64,000 bases of DNA from Puccinia triticina. Taxonomy: Eukaryota. The DNA is taken from the NCBI GenBank assembly GCA_026914245.1, contig CP110439.1, forward strand, positions 4,278,001 to 4,342,000, given 5' to 3'. Each line of letters opens with the position of its first letter. Within the stretch, counting starts at the first letter, position 1. Below the pieces are notes generated by a model. The model searched no databases, had not been told where the DNA came from, and saw nothing but the letters and a program-made list of their open reading frames with translations. The position numbers and the translations under genes are program-made. Of this stretch, positions 26,401 through 39,673 are shown in pieces.

Positions 26401-26649
26401 GAATCAACTTATCCAGCCATCTTCAGCACGATAATACCATTATATCACTTTTGACCAATATGAAGTGATATAATGGTATTATGGTGCTGAAGATGGCTGA
26501 ATCAGTTGAATCTGATTTCAAAGTTGAAGAGACCAGCACTGTAGGTTGCCCACAAAAAAATTTTGGAGGCTTTATGTTGAATTTTCTATTTTTTATTGAA
26601 TTAATCAGCAATTATATCACCTATAATTATATCGGTGCCAAACAGGGCC
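23479..26649. mobile_element. Foldback-type non-autonomous PIF/Harbinger-like element (3.17 kb)
   Basis: TIR GGCCCTGTTTGGCAC(T/C)GATATA. 3-bp TSD TCA on both sides. Inverted arms of ~450 bp. The core is made of CTCGATGACCGG palindromic units with a 235-bp period. Confidence 0.88.
26292..26621. mobile_element. Hairpin MITE nested in the right TIR of 23479-26649
   Basis: ~160-bp inverted arms GGTGATATAAT...ATTATATCACC, flanked by TA. Absent from the host's left arm. Confidence 0.8.
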
Positions 26650-27647
26650 TCAGTTTATCAAGAGGTAAAAACAGCCTCCCATAATTGTGTACCACAACCT
26701 ACCACAACTGCAGGCTTCCTGCACTGCTCTCCTGGCCCAAACTGTGTATGTACATACATAAATACATAACACATGGGTCCGGGGTGGATGGAAGGTCCTC
26801 AACACTAGACCAATACATTCATTGTGTATTGGTCCAAGATGAGAGGAGGTGGGCCCAAACCTCTCCCTTCCAATACAATGTATCGATCTGAGGACAACAC
26901 TCCCCTTCTTCCTCTTGGACCGATTGTATATCGGGCAGAGAGGAAGACGGGGAGGATTCCTCTCGGACCAATCCAATAGAGCGGTCCGAGAGGAAGGGGG
27001 AGAGAGCTACTCAATACATAGTATTGGTGGCAAAACCCTCTCTCTTCCTCTCCAACCAATCTAGTTGTATCGGTTGGAGAGGAAGGAGAGAATTCCTCTC
27101 AAGTCCCTCGCTGCTGCGGGCATCTGGTCTTTTGAAGCAAGCCTTGATAGCCCTCAGCAGGAGCGAACTTAACAAAGTCCCTTGAGACTTTGGGACTGAA
27201 CTCGCAAAGCAAGCCTCCGTCAGGAGGGACTTAGACCCTAGCGCACCAAGCTCGCGTAGCAAGAATGGAATTTTGGGGTACTTTCTTGATTTTTTCTATA
27301 GCTCACCTATCACACCCACTCCCATGTGATTAGCTCAAGGTCAGCAGAAGATGCTGGAGAAAAGAGTAGAAATCATTCTATCTCCATTGATCCCCTCTAC
27401 GTTTTATTCTGGACAGAACTGTGGAACTGAGGTACTGAGCACAGACCTTTTCCATGTAAAATCCACAGATTCAGTGTTTTTGATGTTTTTATTTGGAGTG
27501 GAGGGAATGGATTGAGATGCCTCGAATTCTCCAGGTTGGACGGGCACAAGCCAGTCTTCAACCTCAGCAAATTTAATCTCAAGAAGGTTTTGGAAGCAAG
27601 GAATTACACACTTTTGAAAATTCCTCCCACCAAAATGTAGAATCTTG

Positions 27648-27798
27648 CCCCCGCAAAAAGGGGCGATAAGGTGCAAGTCCCTCCTGCCAAGGGCTGTCGG
27701 AGGCTTGCTTCACAAGACACATGCCCGCAGCCGCGAGGGAATTGGGTTAAGTTTGCGGCAGGAGGGACTTGCGCGCTATCACCCCCTTTTGCAGAGCC
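27648..27798. mobile_element. Small hairpin element
   Basis: GCAAAAAGGGGCGATAAGGTGCAAGTCCCTCCTGCC is inverted by GGCAGGAGGGACTTGCGCGCTATCACCCCCTTTTGC. Confidence 0.55.
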
Positions 27799-28100
27799 TA
27801 GAATCTGGGTTTGGCTGGGTGGTTTATTCAAACCATCACAGTTTGTTGCCCTCTCAACATTACTCTTGATGACCGGTCTGTACTGGCCATCGAGAGGGAT
27901 GTTCTGGTTTGATCTAAAAAGCTGGTAAGTCGGTGGAAATGTCCGCTGACCGCCTTCTTCAAGAATATTGGTGTCTGGGATGTGTGATTGTCGGTGACTT
28001 GGCTCCGCACCGCTACTATCCGCTAGCCTTCAGCGCTCCTCACTGAGCCTGATCTATAGTGTAATAATCCGCAATTGAATAAAGCTCCGCACCCCGTAAG

Positions 28101-29125
28101 TAGGGATGAAAGTGGGTTGGGTTGACCCGGCGGGTACCTGGCCCGTGTTGGGTCTGGGGCCGGGTTTGGGTCGGCTTTTGTCTCAAAAACTGTTTTTTGA
28201 CCCGACCCGCCACAGACCCGCTAGATTTTTGGGTCGGGTTTGGGAAGCATATTTTCTAATCGGGTTGGCCTGCAACCTGACTACGACACCTCCAATAGTA
28301 AATTTGGGGGTTTTTGGCTCCTAAAAGGTTGGGTTGATGTGGTGTTCAAACCAGTACAGGCCCTCAAGATCATCAAAATCCAGAATTCATCAAGATCAGA
28401 CATCTCAACAGCAAGAATCTTCAGCCTCAAGATTCTCATCAAGCCCCTCATTCTCAATATCCTTCAAGATTCCTTCCCCCTTCTTTTTCATATTTCTTGG
28501 TCCTAACACATGAGTCATGTGGGTTTCTTTCATCTTGTTTGTTTTATTTCTTCTCTTCTGTTGGTTGTTGTTGTGTTGTGTTTTCTTTTCTCTCCTTGTG
28601 GTGTTGTTTTGTAGTTAGGGATGTGATGACATGTCCTGTGACATGTCACTCCCCAGAGTCCAAGTTCGGGTTTGAACTTGGAGGATGGGACGGCATGGGA
28701 CTTGCTCTGATCCAAGAGAATTCCATCACTTTTCTGATCCGCTGGCAGCATCCCCAGCACTATTCCTGATCCTTATCCCCCTTATCACCATCACCTGATC
28801 CTCCTCAAACCAACCACTGCCAACGGTATTCCATCCCCGTTGTCTCTCAAAAATCCCCCCCAACGCTATCACACTTTCTGATCCTCATCTCATTTGCCAG
28901 ACCACCACAAGGGCAGCCTCAACAGCACCTATCCCCTCAACGCTCTGCCTACCGCCTGGCACAGTAGGAGTTCCACATCGACCCAAGACCCGTCGGGTCA
29001 GAAACCGACCTGACCCAAAACAGTAAAACATTGGGTTGGGTTTGGGCAGCATATTTTCAAATCCGACCCAACCCGACCCGACCCGCACTAATCGGGCACT
29101 GTTTTCCAACCCGGTTTCATCCCTA
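28101..29125. mobile_element. hAT-type MITE (TAGGGATG ends) carrying a nested solo LTR
   Basis: TAGGGATGAAA...TTTCATCCCTA. 8-bp TSD CCCGTAAG/CCGGTAAG with one mismatch. GGGTT/AACCC subterminal repeats. Confidence 0.8.
28338..28977 (+). mobile_element. Solo LTR related to the LTRs of 29313-35664
   Basis: TGTGGT...GGAGTTCCACA. The 3' end nearly matches 35590-35664. Flanks TTGA/TCGA form a 4-bp TSD with one CpG transition. Confidence 0.85.
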
Positions 29126-30019
29126 CCGGTAAGCACAGAATCCGCAAGTAAGTCTGGAAGTAAAGATAAGGTCACGAATATATCTCCTAATACTCTAGTA
29201 CGTCTGCAATTTGTAAGTACAAAATGAGTAATCCGTCCGATGATAGGATAATAGGATCAGGAAAGAGAAGAGACAATCCATGAGCCCCCTTTTTCCGTCC
29301 TTCCCTCCACGCTGTGGTGGCCCATTTGGTTGACCGCTAGTCAGAAGCATTCTTGCCGCTGCTGCCAGCAAGATCAGCAAGTCTCAGATTCATTCTCACC
29401 CTTCAAGACTTTCAAGATTCAAGACTTCATGCCTCAAGAACCAAGATCCATCCTCAAGACTTCAAGACCCTCAAGGCTTCAAGAATCCACTCCTCAAGAC
29501 CTATCATCTCAAGATTTCCCTCATTCCCTCTCATCCTCAAACTCATCTCTCTTCAAGATCCTTTCCTCCCCCCCCTTCTTTCTTCTTTTTCCTGGTTGTT
29601 GTTCTTTGTTTCCTTCCTCAGTTTTACTTTCTCCTGTCCTCCCCTGTTTGTTTGTTTATTTCTCCTGTTACGCGCGTTGGTAGGTTTCAGAGTGGAGGGT
29701 TGGTTTTGTTTTGTGTTTTTTTGTGTTTTTTTTGTGTTTTGTTTTGTTTTGTTTTGTGTTTTGTTTTGTTTTGTCTTTGCGGGCATCATGACAGGTCCGC
29801 TAGATGTCACAAACCCCAGACTCTGAGTTCAGCCCAAACTCAGATGATGGGGCGGCATGAACTCTGTACTGATCCAAGCCAGAAATTCATCAAACCTTAT
29901 TGATCCTGATCCTTCCTCATCTTCCCTGAGCTTCCCTTCATCCCTTTTACTAATCACTTTGCCGGCAGTATCCCCGGCCCTCTTCTCAAACACCTCAACC
30001 GCTGACGCGCGCTCAACGC

Positions 30020-30891
30020 TGTGGTGATCAGTTCTGGAACTCGTGTCAAATTGTCCACGGAGCAATCAGTGCGGCGCACAGGCGGTGCGGAACCGGTGCG
30101 GAAACGGTGCGGAACGGAGCGGAGCGGAGCGCACAACTGAAGGCGGCGGCGCGCGGAGCTCGACGGCGGAACTGGACTCAGACTAAGCAGGCCAGCGTGG
30201 ACTGGATAGCGGAGGTGGTGATTGGGGGAAGCCGTGGCAGCCAGAAGGGCGGCGTGTGGGATCCTGACATCATAGGCTAGACAGGGGCGTGGAAGCTAGA
30301 GAGAGGAGTTTGACGGCGGTCGAAGGCAAGCGGCGGAGACGACAGGTGTTGGCGTGAGAGCGGAGCTTGGCGGATGACGTACGTGTGTGTATAGCGCCTG
30401 ACAGATGACGAGTGTGCGTGTGTGAACGGAGTTAGCGGATGGCGTGCGTGGGAGGCGGGCGGAGGATATCTAAAACCACGGTGGGGGAGGATCATACTCC
30501 CCACAGACTCTCTTTTACGGTTTTTTTTTTACTTTACTTTGTGGATTGTTGTGCTTCTTTTACTTTGCGTACATTGTGGAGCGGAGTTTTACATTGCGGA
30601 CTTGCTTTACGTGTTACCGTTGTGCTTTGCGGAGTTTTGTGCTGGATTTACGGCTGTTGTCTTGCAATTGTTGCGGAGTTATCTTCTTTATGCGGCGGAG
30701 CTTTATTTTACTGTTTACTTTGCGGAGCTGGATTATTTTACGTGCTTTACTTTATTTACCCCACTCAGAGCCCTACAACACGGCGGAACTGTGGAGCGGA
30801 GTTTCTCCAGATCACCTGACTTTACCTGGGAATCATCTTGGAGCGGCGGGGTCCTGACATTTCTACGCAGTGACCAATTTTGTTCATCACA
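30020..30891 (+). mobile_element. Solo LTR inserted in the 5' LTR of the Gag-only element
   Basis: TGTGGTGA...TCATCACA with TSD ACGC at 30016-19 and 30892-95. The empty site CTCAACGCCG is visible in the 3' LTR at ~35524. Confidence 0.9.
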
Positions 30892-31288
30892 ACGCCGTTG
30901 TAAAATACCCTTTTACCTCCTTGCTTACACAATCCTCATCACTTTTCCGGACCACCCACAAGGGCAGCCTCAACAGCACCCATCCCCTTGACGCTCTGCC
31001 TACCGCCTGGCACGGTAGGAGTTCCACATTCGGTCCCCCGAGCCGGGATTGAACCAGCGACCTCAAGATTTACAGTCTCGCCGATTTTGGAAGGTTTGAG
31101 ACGCTTGGCGGTCTTCCTTCTTCCTTTCTTTGTTTTAGGTGATTCTTCCCGGAGGGATCCGAGTCTTTGATTCTTTTTTTTGGTGTGTTCAGTAGTGGAG
31201 GCACAGGGAGCTAGAAGTAAGTCCTCCCCAATAGTGCACCTCTGCAGGTTGTCTACGCGTTGTTGTCAAAGCATTCCGATCGCCACGC

Positions 31289-32139
31289 TGTGGTGACCCA
31301 TTTGGTTGTCAGCTAGTCAGAAGCAGTCTGCTGCCACCACCATCAAGATCAGCAAGATACTCAGCAAGCATCAAGATCTAAAAGCAACCATCAAGATTCT
31401 CACTCATCCTCAAGACTTCAAGATCCTCAAGAACTTCCCCTTTCCCCATCCCTTTCTTATCCTTCAAATTCTTTCCCCCCCCCCCCCCCCCCACTTTTCC
31501 ATTCCCATCCCCAAACTACTTCCTTTTATTTCTACTGTCTCCCCTCTCATCCACTTCCCTTCCATCCCTCTTGATCCTAACACAGCATCTGTTGTGGATT
31601 TATTCTGTGTTTTGTTTGTGATTTCCATTTCATCTTATTCTTCCTCTCTGGTCCTGGTTGTTCTCTTTCTTTCTCATCTTTCTGTTTCCTCCTTTCTTTT
31701 GTGTTGTGTTTTCTTTGTTTTTTTGTTCTCTTCTTTCTTTCTCTCTTCTGTTTTGTTGTCTGTGCGCGCGTAGCGCGCAGAGGATGTGATGAAATTCATG
31801 TGACAGGTTGCCTCCCTGAGTCCAAGTTCGCAGAACTTGGAGGAAGGGAGCAGTATGCCATTCTGATCCAAGAATAAGGGCATCACCTTTTCGATCATCA
31901 TCAAGAATCCCGAGTCCAAGTCCTTCATCCGATCCCCCAGTCCCTTCCAGAATCCTCACGCATCCAAACCAACACCCGCCGTCGAGACTCCACAGCTCGA
32001 CGTTACCTCAAAACCACTTCCCCCCAGCTATCACTTCGAATCCTCACGACTCATTTCTGGACCATCCGAGAGGGCAGTCTCACGACACCTTTTCCCCTCC
32101 CAGCGCTGCCGCCGGCCTAGCACCGGACGGAGCTCCATA
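31289..32139 (+). mobile_element. Solo LTR inserted in the 5' UTR of the Gag-only element
   Basis: TGTGGTGACCC...GGAGCTCCATA (terminal CA mutated to TA). TSD ACGC at 31285-88 and 32140-43. Confidence 0.85.
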
Positions 32140-32197
32140 ACGCTCGTGAGCCACTCGGATCTGTTTGCTCTCTTCTTTAGGGGCTAGTCAATCTGTC

Positions 32198-34328
32198 ATG
32201 GTGGACGCGATCCTTCCAGCTCCAATTGAAGTCGACTATCAAGATCTAGCGCTGGATTTCGACGGCGCAAACGTCAAAAGTTTTTTGGATGCATATGAGA
32301 CGAAAGCAAAAAGGGACGGCGCTTCCGAATACGACATGGCCTGGCAACTGGCATTTTTTATCCGTTCAGACGAAGTCTTCGAGATTGTCAAAGCATTCGA
32401 CGGATTCAAACGTCGCAGATGGTCAGATCTGAAAGTATCAATGCTCGCGTACTGGGGACCTCCTGAAACCCCTCAATTCACTCCACAAGATCTGGAAGGT
32501 TTGATACAATCTTGGTCAGCAAGGGAATATGTCTATTGGCCGTGGGATTATCCGATCTTTTGGCAATCACTCAATCCGATTGTGTCATATCTACTCCGGA
32601 ACAAGTCTCCAGACTCGGAAGCAATACACGATCTTTGTTCTCAAGCCTTCTTCCGGGTCTGCCGACGATCTCTTGCTGCTTGCTTCCCTCCTTCAGTGAA
32701 TGAAAACAAGACCTGGTTTTTTGATTGTTGTGCGGCGACAGAGTTTATCAATGATGACACGGACACCGAGCTGGATTCCTCTGAACAATCCGTCAAAGAT
32801 CCGAATCACGCCAACGCGGCATCAACTAGACAGTCCTCCTCTTTTAGTTTGGTCGCTTCCCCATCACTTGCTGAAATGGATACATCAGATATTGCTCAAG
32901 GTTTTCATGAAGAGCCCAGTCCTGGCAAATCTCTGTCGGTTAAAGCATTTGCGCCCCCTTGCTTCATTGAGAAGCCCACGAGTACGGCCCCAGAGTTTGA
33001 AGAAGAAGATCAGAGCTTTATTCTTGATTGGTCCGAGCAATCAACAGATGGATCCCGGTCCCGTGGTAAATCCAATTTTGGTTCCGAGGCTGTAGAGACG
33101 ACGGAAGCGCCGTCTGGCTGCGCCTCTGCCTCTGAATCTACCCCCAATTCCACTGTCCGTCGTCCGCTTAGGTGTTATTATTGTCATTGTGACGGTCACC
33201 GCTTCAGCTGCTGCCAGGATCTTCGGAGAGACAAGAAGGCCACGCTTGTTGAACAGATAGGAAACAGTTTTTTCCTCCCAAGTGGCGCTCCGATTCCCTT
33301 TGATTCTAGTCGTCCAATCCGTCGAGTTGTCACTTCTTTCCAATCTCAAGTTCCAGACAGTTTGAGGCGTGCCCCATTTCGATCTAGCTATGTTTATCTC
33401 AGTAAGATCCAGTCAACCCAGTTTGTTCCGCCGCCGCTCCGAAATCATGTACTGGATCCGGCAACAGACAGGAGTAAGGCGCCATCCAAATCCCGCCCAT
33501 AACAATGCTTCCCGGTCAGAAGACCCTTCAGTTCCACCCCGTCCGCCGTGTTCTGTTCGATCTGCACGGGCGGTGGATCAAGTGCTCAAGAAGATTGTGA
33601 ATCTGATTGTTCCTGGCTTTTCCGCTTCTGCCCTTGTGTCAGTGAATGGAATCAACTCTAGTCCTGCGGCTCACCTCCGAGACGAGGTTAAACTATGCCC
33701 CAGTCCTCCTGATCTCCGTTCTAGTCGCCCACTCCACCAGATGGCGGAGCCTCTGATCTCCCTCCGAGACAAGGTTAAACTACGTTCCAGCCCTTCCCTG
33801 ACTCCGACCGCCGATCCCTGTTATATTCGCCAGCTCCGCCGGGCGGCGGAGCAGTTGATTCCGCCCTTCAGCCTCCTAGACGAGGTTAAACTAGCTTCTC
33901 AATCCACATCCGATCTTATTTCCGAGTCAATCCATTCTCCAAATCCAAAAACCGTTGCAGACCATCTCCGCACTTCTCCTACCCTCCAAGACAAGGTTAA
34001 ACTATGTTCCACTTCCTATCCAACTGCCGCTTCCAACCTCCGCTCTAGTCTTCAGTCCCGCCAGATGGCGGAGCATGCGATTCCAATCTCCGATCTCTGT
34101 TCTAGTAGCCAGCTCCGCCAGGCGGCGGAGCTTCTGATTCCACCTTCAAGCCTCCGAGACAAGGTTAAACTACGGTCCACTTCCTATTCAACTTCCGCCC
34201 CCAATCTCACCTCTCAGACCCGCCAGATGGCGGACCCGTTGATCCCATCTTCTCACCTCCGAGACAAGGTTAAACTACGTCTACCTTCCGACTCAACTTC
34301 AGTCCCTGGTCTCTGCTCTAGTCCTTGA
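32198..34328 (+). CDS. Gag-like protein of the non-autonomous element (ORF to 33502; homology continues in a second frame to 34328)
   Basis: FDGANVKSFLDAYE, CYYCHCDGHRFSCC and FFLPSGAPIPFDSSRPIRRVV align with the Gag at 55101-57230. The second frame has AVDQVLKKI and LRD(E/K)VKL repeats. Confidence 0.8.
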
Positions 34329-36599
34329 CTCCGCCAGGTGGCGGAGCATCTGATCCCGCCTCCTAGCTTACTAGAAAAGAATCAATTAAACCCGTTGCCA
34401 TGCTGTGTTGCGGAGCCGCCCCGCGCGCTCAATGATACCGTTCCATCCTCACCATTTGATCCTCTTTATTTGACAACCTCCAACTCTTCTTCAATCTGCA
34501 CTTCACCTCAAACCCCCGCTATGATTACCAGTCCTTTTTTCACCGCTCTTCCCAGCACACTCCAATCTTTCCACCCGGAACCTGGCTCTACCTCAATTCT
34601 CCGACTCAACCGTTTCTGAGCATTTTGATCTGACGACTCCAAGGCCTTCCCATTTGGGTTGTTCTTGTGGGGCATTGCAGACCAGAAGTAAGTCCCCTTC
34701 TCAAGTATGCACCTCGGGTAGATACTACCGTCATCTTGTAAGCTCTACTTTAGCCACACTCGTGAGCCATTCGCAGGACCCCCGTTTTTTTTTTTTTTCT
34801 TTTCCGTTTCTTTTCAGATCTATCTCTCTCTGGCCGCAAGGAATGTCAAAGGAGTCTGGGGACAGACTCCAAGTGGTGGGTGGATGTGGTGGCCCATTTG
34901 GTTGACTGCTAGTCAGAAGCATTCTTGCCGCTGCTGCCAGCAAGATCAGCAAGTCTCAGATTCATTCTCACCCTTCAAGACTTTCAAGATTCAAGACTTC
35001 ATGCCTCAAGAGCCAAGATCTATCCTCAAGGCTTCAAGAATTCACTCCTCAAGACCTCTCATCTCAAGATTTCCCTCATTCCCTCTTATACTCAAACTCA
35101 TCTCTCTTCAAGATCCTTTCCTCCCCCCCCTTCTTTCTTCTTTTTCCTGGTTGTTGTTCTTTGTTTCCTTTCTCAGTTTTACTTTCTCCTGTCCTCCCCT
35201 GTTTGTTTGTTTATTTCTCCTGTTATGCGCGTTGGTAGGTTTCAGAGTGCAGGGTTGGTTTTGTTTTGTGTTTTGTTTTGTTTTGTCTTTGCGGGCATCA
35301 TGACAGGTCCGCTAGATGTCACAAACCCCAGACTCTGAGTTCAGCCCAAACTCAGATGATGGGGCGGCATGAACTCTGTACTGATCCAAGTCAGAAATTC
35401 ATCAAACCTTATTGATCCTGATCCTTCCTCATCTTCCCTGAGCTTCCCTTGATCCCTTTTCCTGATCATTTTGCCGGCAGTATCCCCGGCCCTCTTCTCA
35501 AACACCTCAACCGCCGACACGCGCTCAACGCCGCTGTAAAATACCCTTTTACCTCCTTGCTTACACGATCCTCATCACTTTTCCGGACCACCCACGAGGG
35601 CAGCCTCAACAGCACCCATCCCCTTGATGCTCTGCCTACCGCCTGGCACAGTAGGAGTTCCACAACGCACATCGCCGTTCCCACCCAATCCCGCACGTCT
35701 GACACTTTCCCGCACTAGTCCTCCAGCTCCACCCACTCTCCCAGACTCCGCTCATCTCTGACGCTTGACCTCCCACCGTCCTCAATCTAGCCCCCGCCAG
35801 TCAGTCTCTCACCACCGCCTCCGCCCCGGTTCCACCCGCTTTGGCTGTTGTGGCTCACCTGCTGACGCGCCGCTGCTACCAGTCCACGTGTCTAATCCGC
35901 TGCAGTCCAGCCCTGTCTTTTCCGCTCCGATCCGAATACCCAATCCAAAATCCGCAATCCGTGCATTCCGGTCCGTGTGTGATTTTCCGTAAGCTTTCCT
36001 AGCGTGCTTTTCTGACATCATCCTCAGTGCTTATGTCACCAGAATGCACTCTGCCTGAGCCGCTCTGTGCATTCCTGCCTGTGCTATCCCTGAGTGGACA
36101 TTCTACCACGCTCGTCTATATAAATCACCACACCAGTCTGACTGGTCATTGAGGGGACTCAAACCCCTCAATGACCAGTGAAACCGGTCATTGAGAGGGC
36201 TCAAACCCCTTGATGACCAGCTAGACTGGTCATCAAGGAGTCTTAAGCCCCTCGATGACCTGTCTTGGTATATATGGCGGGTGTTGGCAAGTGCTTGGTC
36301 CGAGTACCCGCTGTTTTTTTCCACCAAAAGTCGACACCCGCACCCGCACCTGGCACCTGTTTGCGGGCACTTGTTTTTAAAAACAGGTGCCAAATACCCG
36401 CAAACGGGTACCTGATGACATCTCTAGGCCAGTCCCACTGCAAGAAAAACTCTAGAAAATGCTTTCAGTTGAGATACAAGAGCTCAAGGCAAGCTGTGCC
36501 TCATGCATGAATCAAGCACTGGTTGATTCCATGCACATTGCCTAATTTATGCAAGAGTGAGTCTAAGGTACAAGAAACTGAGTACAGGAGTTGACATCT

Positions 36600-37865
36600 G
36601 TGCAAATGCCCCTTTTGTGTGAAAATTCCCCTTTCATGTGCACATACCCCTTTCATGTGCACATATCCATTTTGTATGCATTCACCGCTTTCATAATGTG
36701 TACTAGAGATGGCACTTGGCACCCGCCGGCGGGCCCCCGCCACACTTCAGCACATAATTCTATATTTGAAATTTGGACCCAACCCGCCCAGCTGGTTGGG
36801 TCAAAATTTCAAATAAGCTGCCTGAACCCAAACCCAATTAAGGATGATACGGGTCAGGTCGGGTCTGGGTTGGGTCTCGGGTCGACCTGGTGCATGGCCA
36901 TGTTGTCCATAACCTTGTCATCCGGAAGGAATCCCTTCCGGAAAACAGGGTAGTAATGCCTTTCTGCCCAGAGGGGACCCTTGCGGATAGCAAGGATAAA
37001 ACTTTTTTGCCCCAAAGAGATGCCCTTGTGGTCGGGAAGGAATCCCTTCCAGATGACAGGTTGGTATAGCCTTGTCACCCAGGGGCAACCATTCCGGGCA
37101 ACAACGGGTCTTGGGTCTCTCTTGGGTTGACCCAACCCACTTGCATGCTGAGATTCAATGGAGGTTGGTGTTTGGCAAGCCAAAGGCAGGGGAAACAGCG
37201 AAGTCACGGCTGTCAGATGACTTAATTGAGTCATATTTGGGTCTTTGGGCCGACCCAAAATGAAAAAGACCTGCCCAAACCTGAACCCAATTAAAGGTTG
37301 GGTCGGGTCAAAATCACAAAAAGGCTACCCAAACCCGGTCTTGGGTCAGTGTTGGGTCAACCCAACCCACTTGCATCCTGAGTTCATGACCCTTTCATGT
37401 TTACATGTCCCCTTTGAGTTTTTTACATCCCTTTCAATACCCCTTTCATCATTCAGGTTTACATACCCCTTTGATGTTTACATATCCCTTTTAGAGATGG
37501 CACTTGGCACCCGCCGGCGGGTACCCGCCACACTCCAGCACATAATTCTATGTGCTTGCAGGTACCCATTGCGCGCGCAGCTCCCTACATGTATTTTTAC
37601 TAAAATGGAACCCCTGGCACCCGCCATGGGCGCCTGCAGGCGCATAGAATTATGTGCTGAAGTGTGACGGGTACCCGCCGGCGGGTGCCAAGTGCCATCT
37701 CTAATCCCTTTCATGTGCAAATACCCCTTACTGCACATACCCCTTTCATGCATGAATACCCCTTTCATGCATACATACCCCTTTCATCATGTGTACATGT
37801 TCCTTTTATGTGTTAATACACCTTCTCACATTCCCCTTTCATGTGTACATATTTCTTTCATCTGT
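36600..37865. repeat. Degenerate ~20-bp minisatellite (ATACCCCTTTCATGTGCAC-like), split by MITE insertions
   Basis: Repeated CCCCTTTCATGTG units at 36600-36680, 37385-37491 and 37704-37865. Confidence 0.7.
37492..37703. mobile_element. hAT-type MITE (212 bp)
   Basis: Long TIRs TAGAGATGGCACTTGGCACCCGCCGGCGGGTACCCG. Perfect 8-bp TSD ATCCCTTT. Partial copy at ~36704-36762. Confidence 0.92.
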
Positions 37866-37866
37866 A

Positions 37867-38542
37867 CAGTGGGTCATCTAATGTTTTTGGCACTGCATTT
37901 TTCATTGCAGAAGCTCAGGCAACAGACCCAAAGTCATGGGATTGGCTGGAGGGGTGTAAAATAAGTTCCCAAGAGTGATTATGACAGAAAAAAAATGAAA
38001 ATGAAAAATATGAAAAGTGTGGAAATTGTCCAATTCTGTGCAAATTTCTCAGAATCTTTATTATTGCTCAAACCAAGGAGAGAAAATTACAGAGCACAGT
38101 ATTGCATGTGAAAGGAATGATAAAAAATGAAAAAAACTGAGACCATTTTCAATGATTTTCTGGGTGAATGAGGTATCCACCCATTTGAAATAGAAGTTGG
38201 TACCTGCAGGGCAAATCAACACAATTTGACCAGATTTATTTGATCCAACAAAAATCATTGAAAATAGTCTCAGTTTTTTCATTTTTTATCATTCCTGTCA
38301 CATGCAATACTGTGCTCTGTAATTTTCTCTCCTTTTTTTGAGCAATAATAAAGATTCTGAGAAATTTGCACACAATTGGAAAACTTTCACACTTTTCATT
38401 TCTTTATAATTTCATATTTTTTTGTAATAATCATTCTTGGGAACTTATTTTCCACCCCTGTAGCTAATTCCATGACTGCTGGTCTGTTGCCTGAGCTTCT
38501 GCAATGAAAAATGCAGTGCCAAAAACATTAGATGGCCCACTG
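37867..38542. mobile_element. Tc1/mariner-type hairpin MITE (676 bp)
   Basis: TA|CAGTGG...CCACTG|TA with ~310-bp inverted arms. Partial related arm at ~39017-39121. Confidence 0.88.
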
Positions 38543-39673
38543 TACATATCCCTTTCATGTGTACATACCATTTTTATGTTATTCTGGCTGGATTCAATGG
38601 AGCAAGCTTGCTGCATCTCAACTGCAAGCAGTATCCAGAGTTTTTCTTGCAGTGTCCCAGGCATTATTAATGTTTGGGGACTTGAAATAAATATTTCATA
38701 GCAATGAGTCAAACATGATTCTGCCTGAAATATATGGGAAATGGGGGAAACATTGTCAATTTGGCCACAGCCACACTGGAAAGCCCCTTTTGGGGTCTTT
38801 TGAGAAAGGGATAGGGGAAACACTTGATCCCAATTTCCACAAAAGTGTGAATTTAATGTACTTAGGCCCCGCTAGGAGCCAGTATAATTGCACAATATAA
38901 TCTGGAATTTTGTGACATCTGATCAAGTTTTGGTGGACCTGATCAGATGTCACACAGGATGTCACGCAAAAAACCCCATATATTGCCTGGATTATATTGG
39001 CTCCAAACAGGGCCTTAGATAATCATTTTTGGAAACTTATTTTCCACCCCTGTGGCCAATCCTGTGGCCTGAGCTCCTGCAATGAAAAATGTGGTGCCAA
39101 AAACTTCAGCACACCCACTGTACATACACAAAACCAGCTTGGCCGCTTCACCTGACCGTGAGGCCCGAGCCCAGAGGCCCGGGTAGGGGAACCTAACCGG
39201 AATGTCAACAACAGGACAAGTTGACAACCATCGGCAACACGACAAAACAACAGCAAAAATGGAATCTTACTTTTTATCTACTTACATAAACTCATCTAAA
39301 AATATATATGCCTCTCTTTATCATGTACATATCTACAGTAGTTACAGATACAGTTGTCAATTGTTACATTCTCATAGTTGCGTTAGTGTAGATGTGTTAG
39401 GAACATTTGGGTCCCCACGCGTTCATCATTTTCCCTGTTCTGTTTTCCCCTACATATAATGGGATTTATCTTGTTTTCGCTTTCATAACTATCTTACAAA
39501 GTTCTAAAGTTTCTGAAAACATAGACTTTATATCCATTTCTGCCTTACCCCATTCGGAAGCCCAAACCTTCCTTTCCTGAGACAGTCTTGATATTCTTTA
39601 CACGGAACCTCTACAAACATACCTTGCAACATTCAGACATAGAAGTTAATTTGACTTCAGCTTAATTCGTAGC

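Larger units (their letters stand above)
29313..35664 (+). mobile_element. Non-autonomous Ty3/Gypsy element, Gag-only, with two nested solo LTRs
   Basis: 5' LTR 29313-31028 (interrupted) and 3' LTR 34885-35664. TSD ACGC at 29309-12 and 35665-68. tRNA-Tyr PBS at 31031. PPT GGGTGGA at 34878-84. No RT, RNase H or integrase motifs seen. Confidence 0.9.

Noticed and set aside
33675..34280. Spaced 21-bp repeats as a CRISPR or hammerhead array
   Set aside because: The spacers are related to each other and irregular in length. There is no CUGAUGA/GAAA core, and the region lies inside an LTR element.
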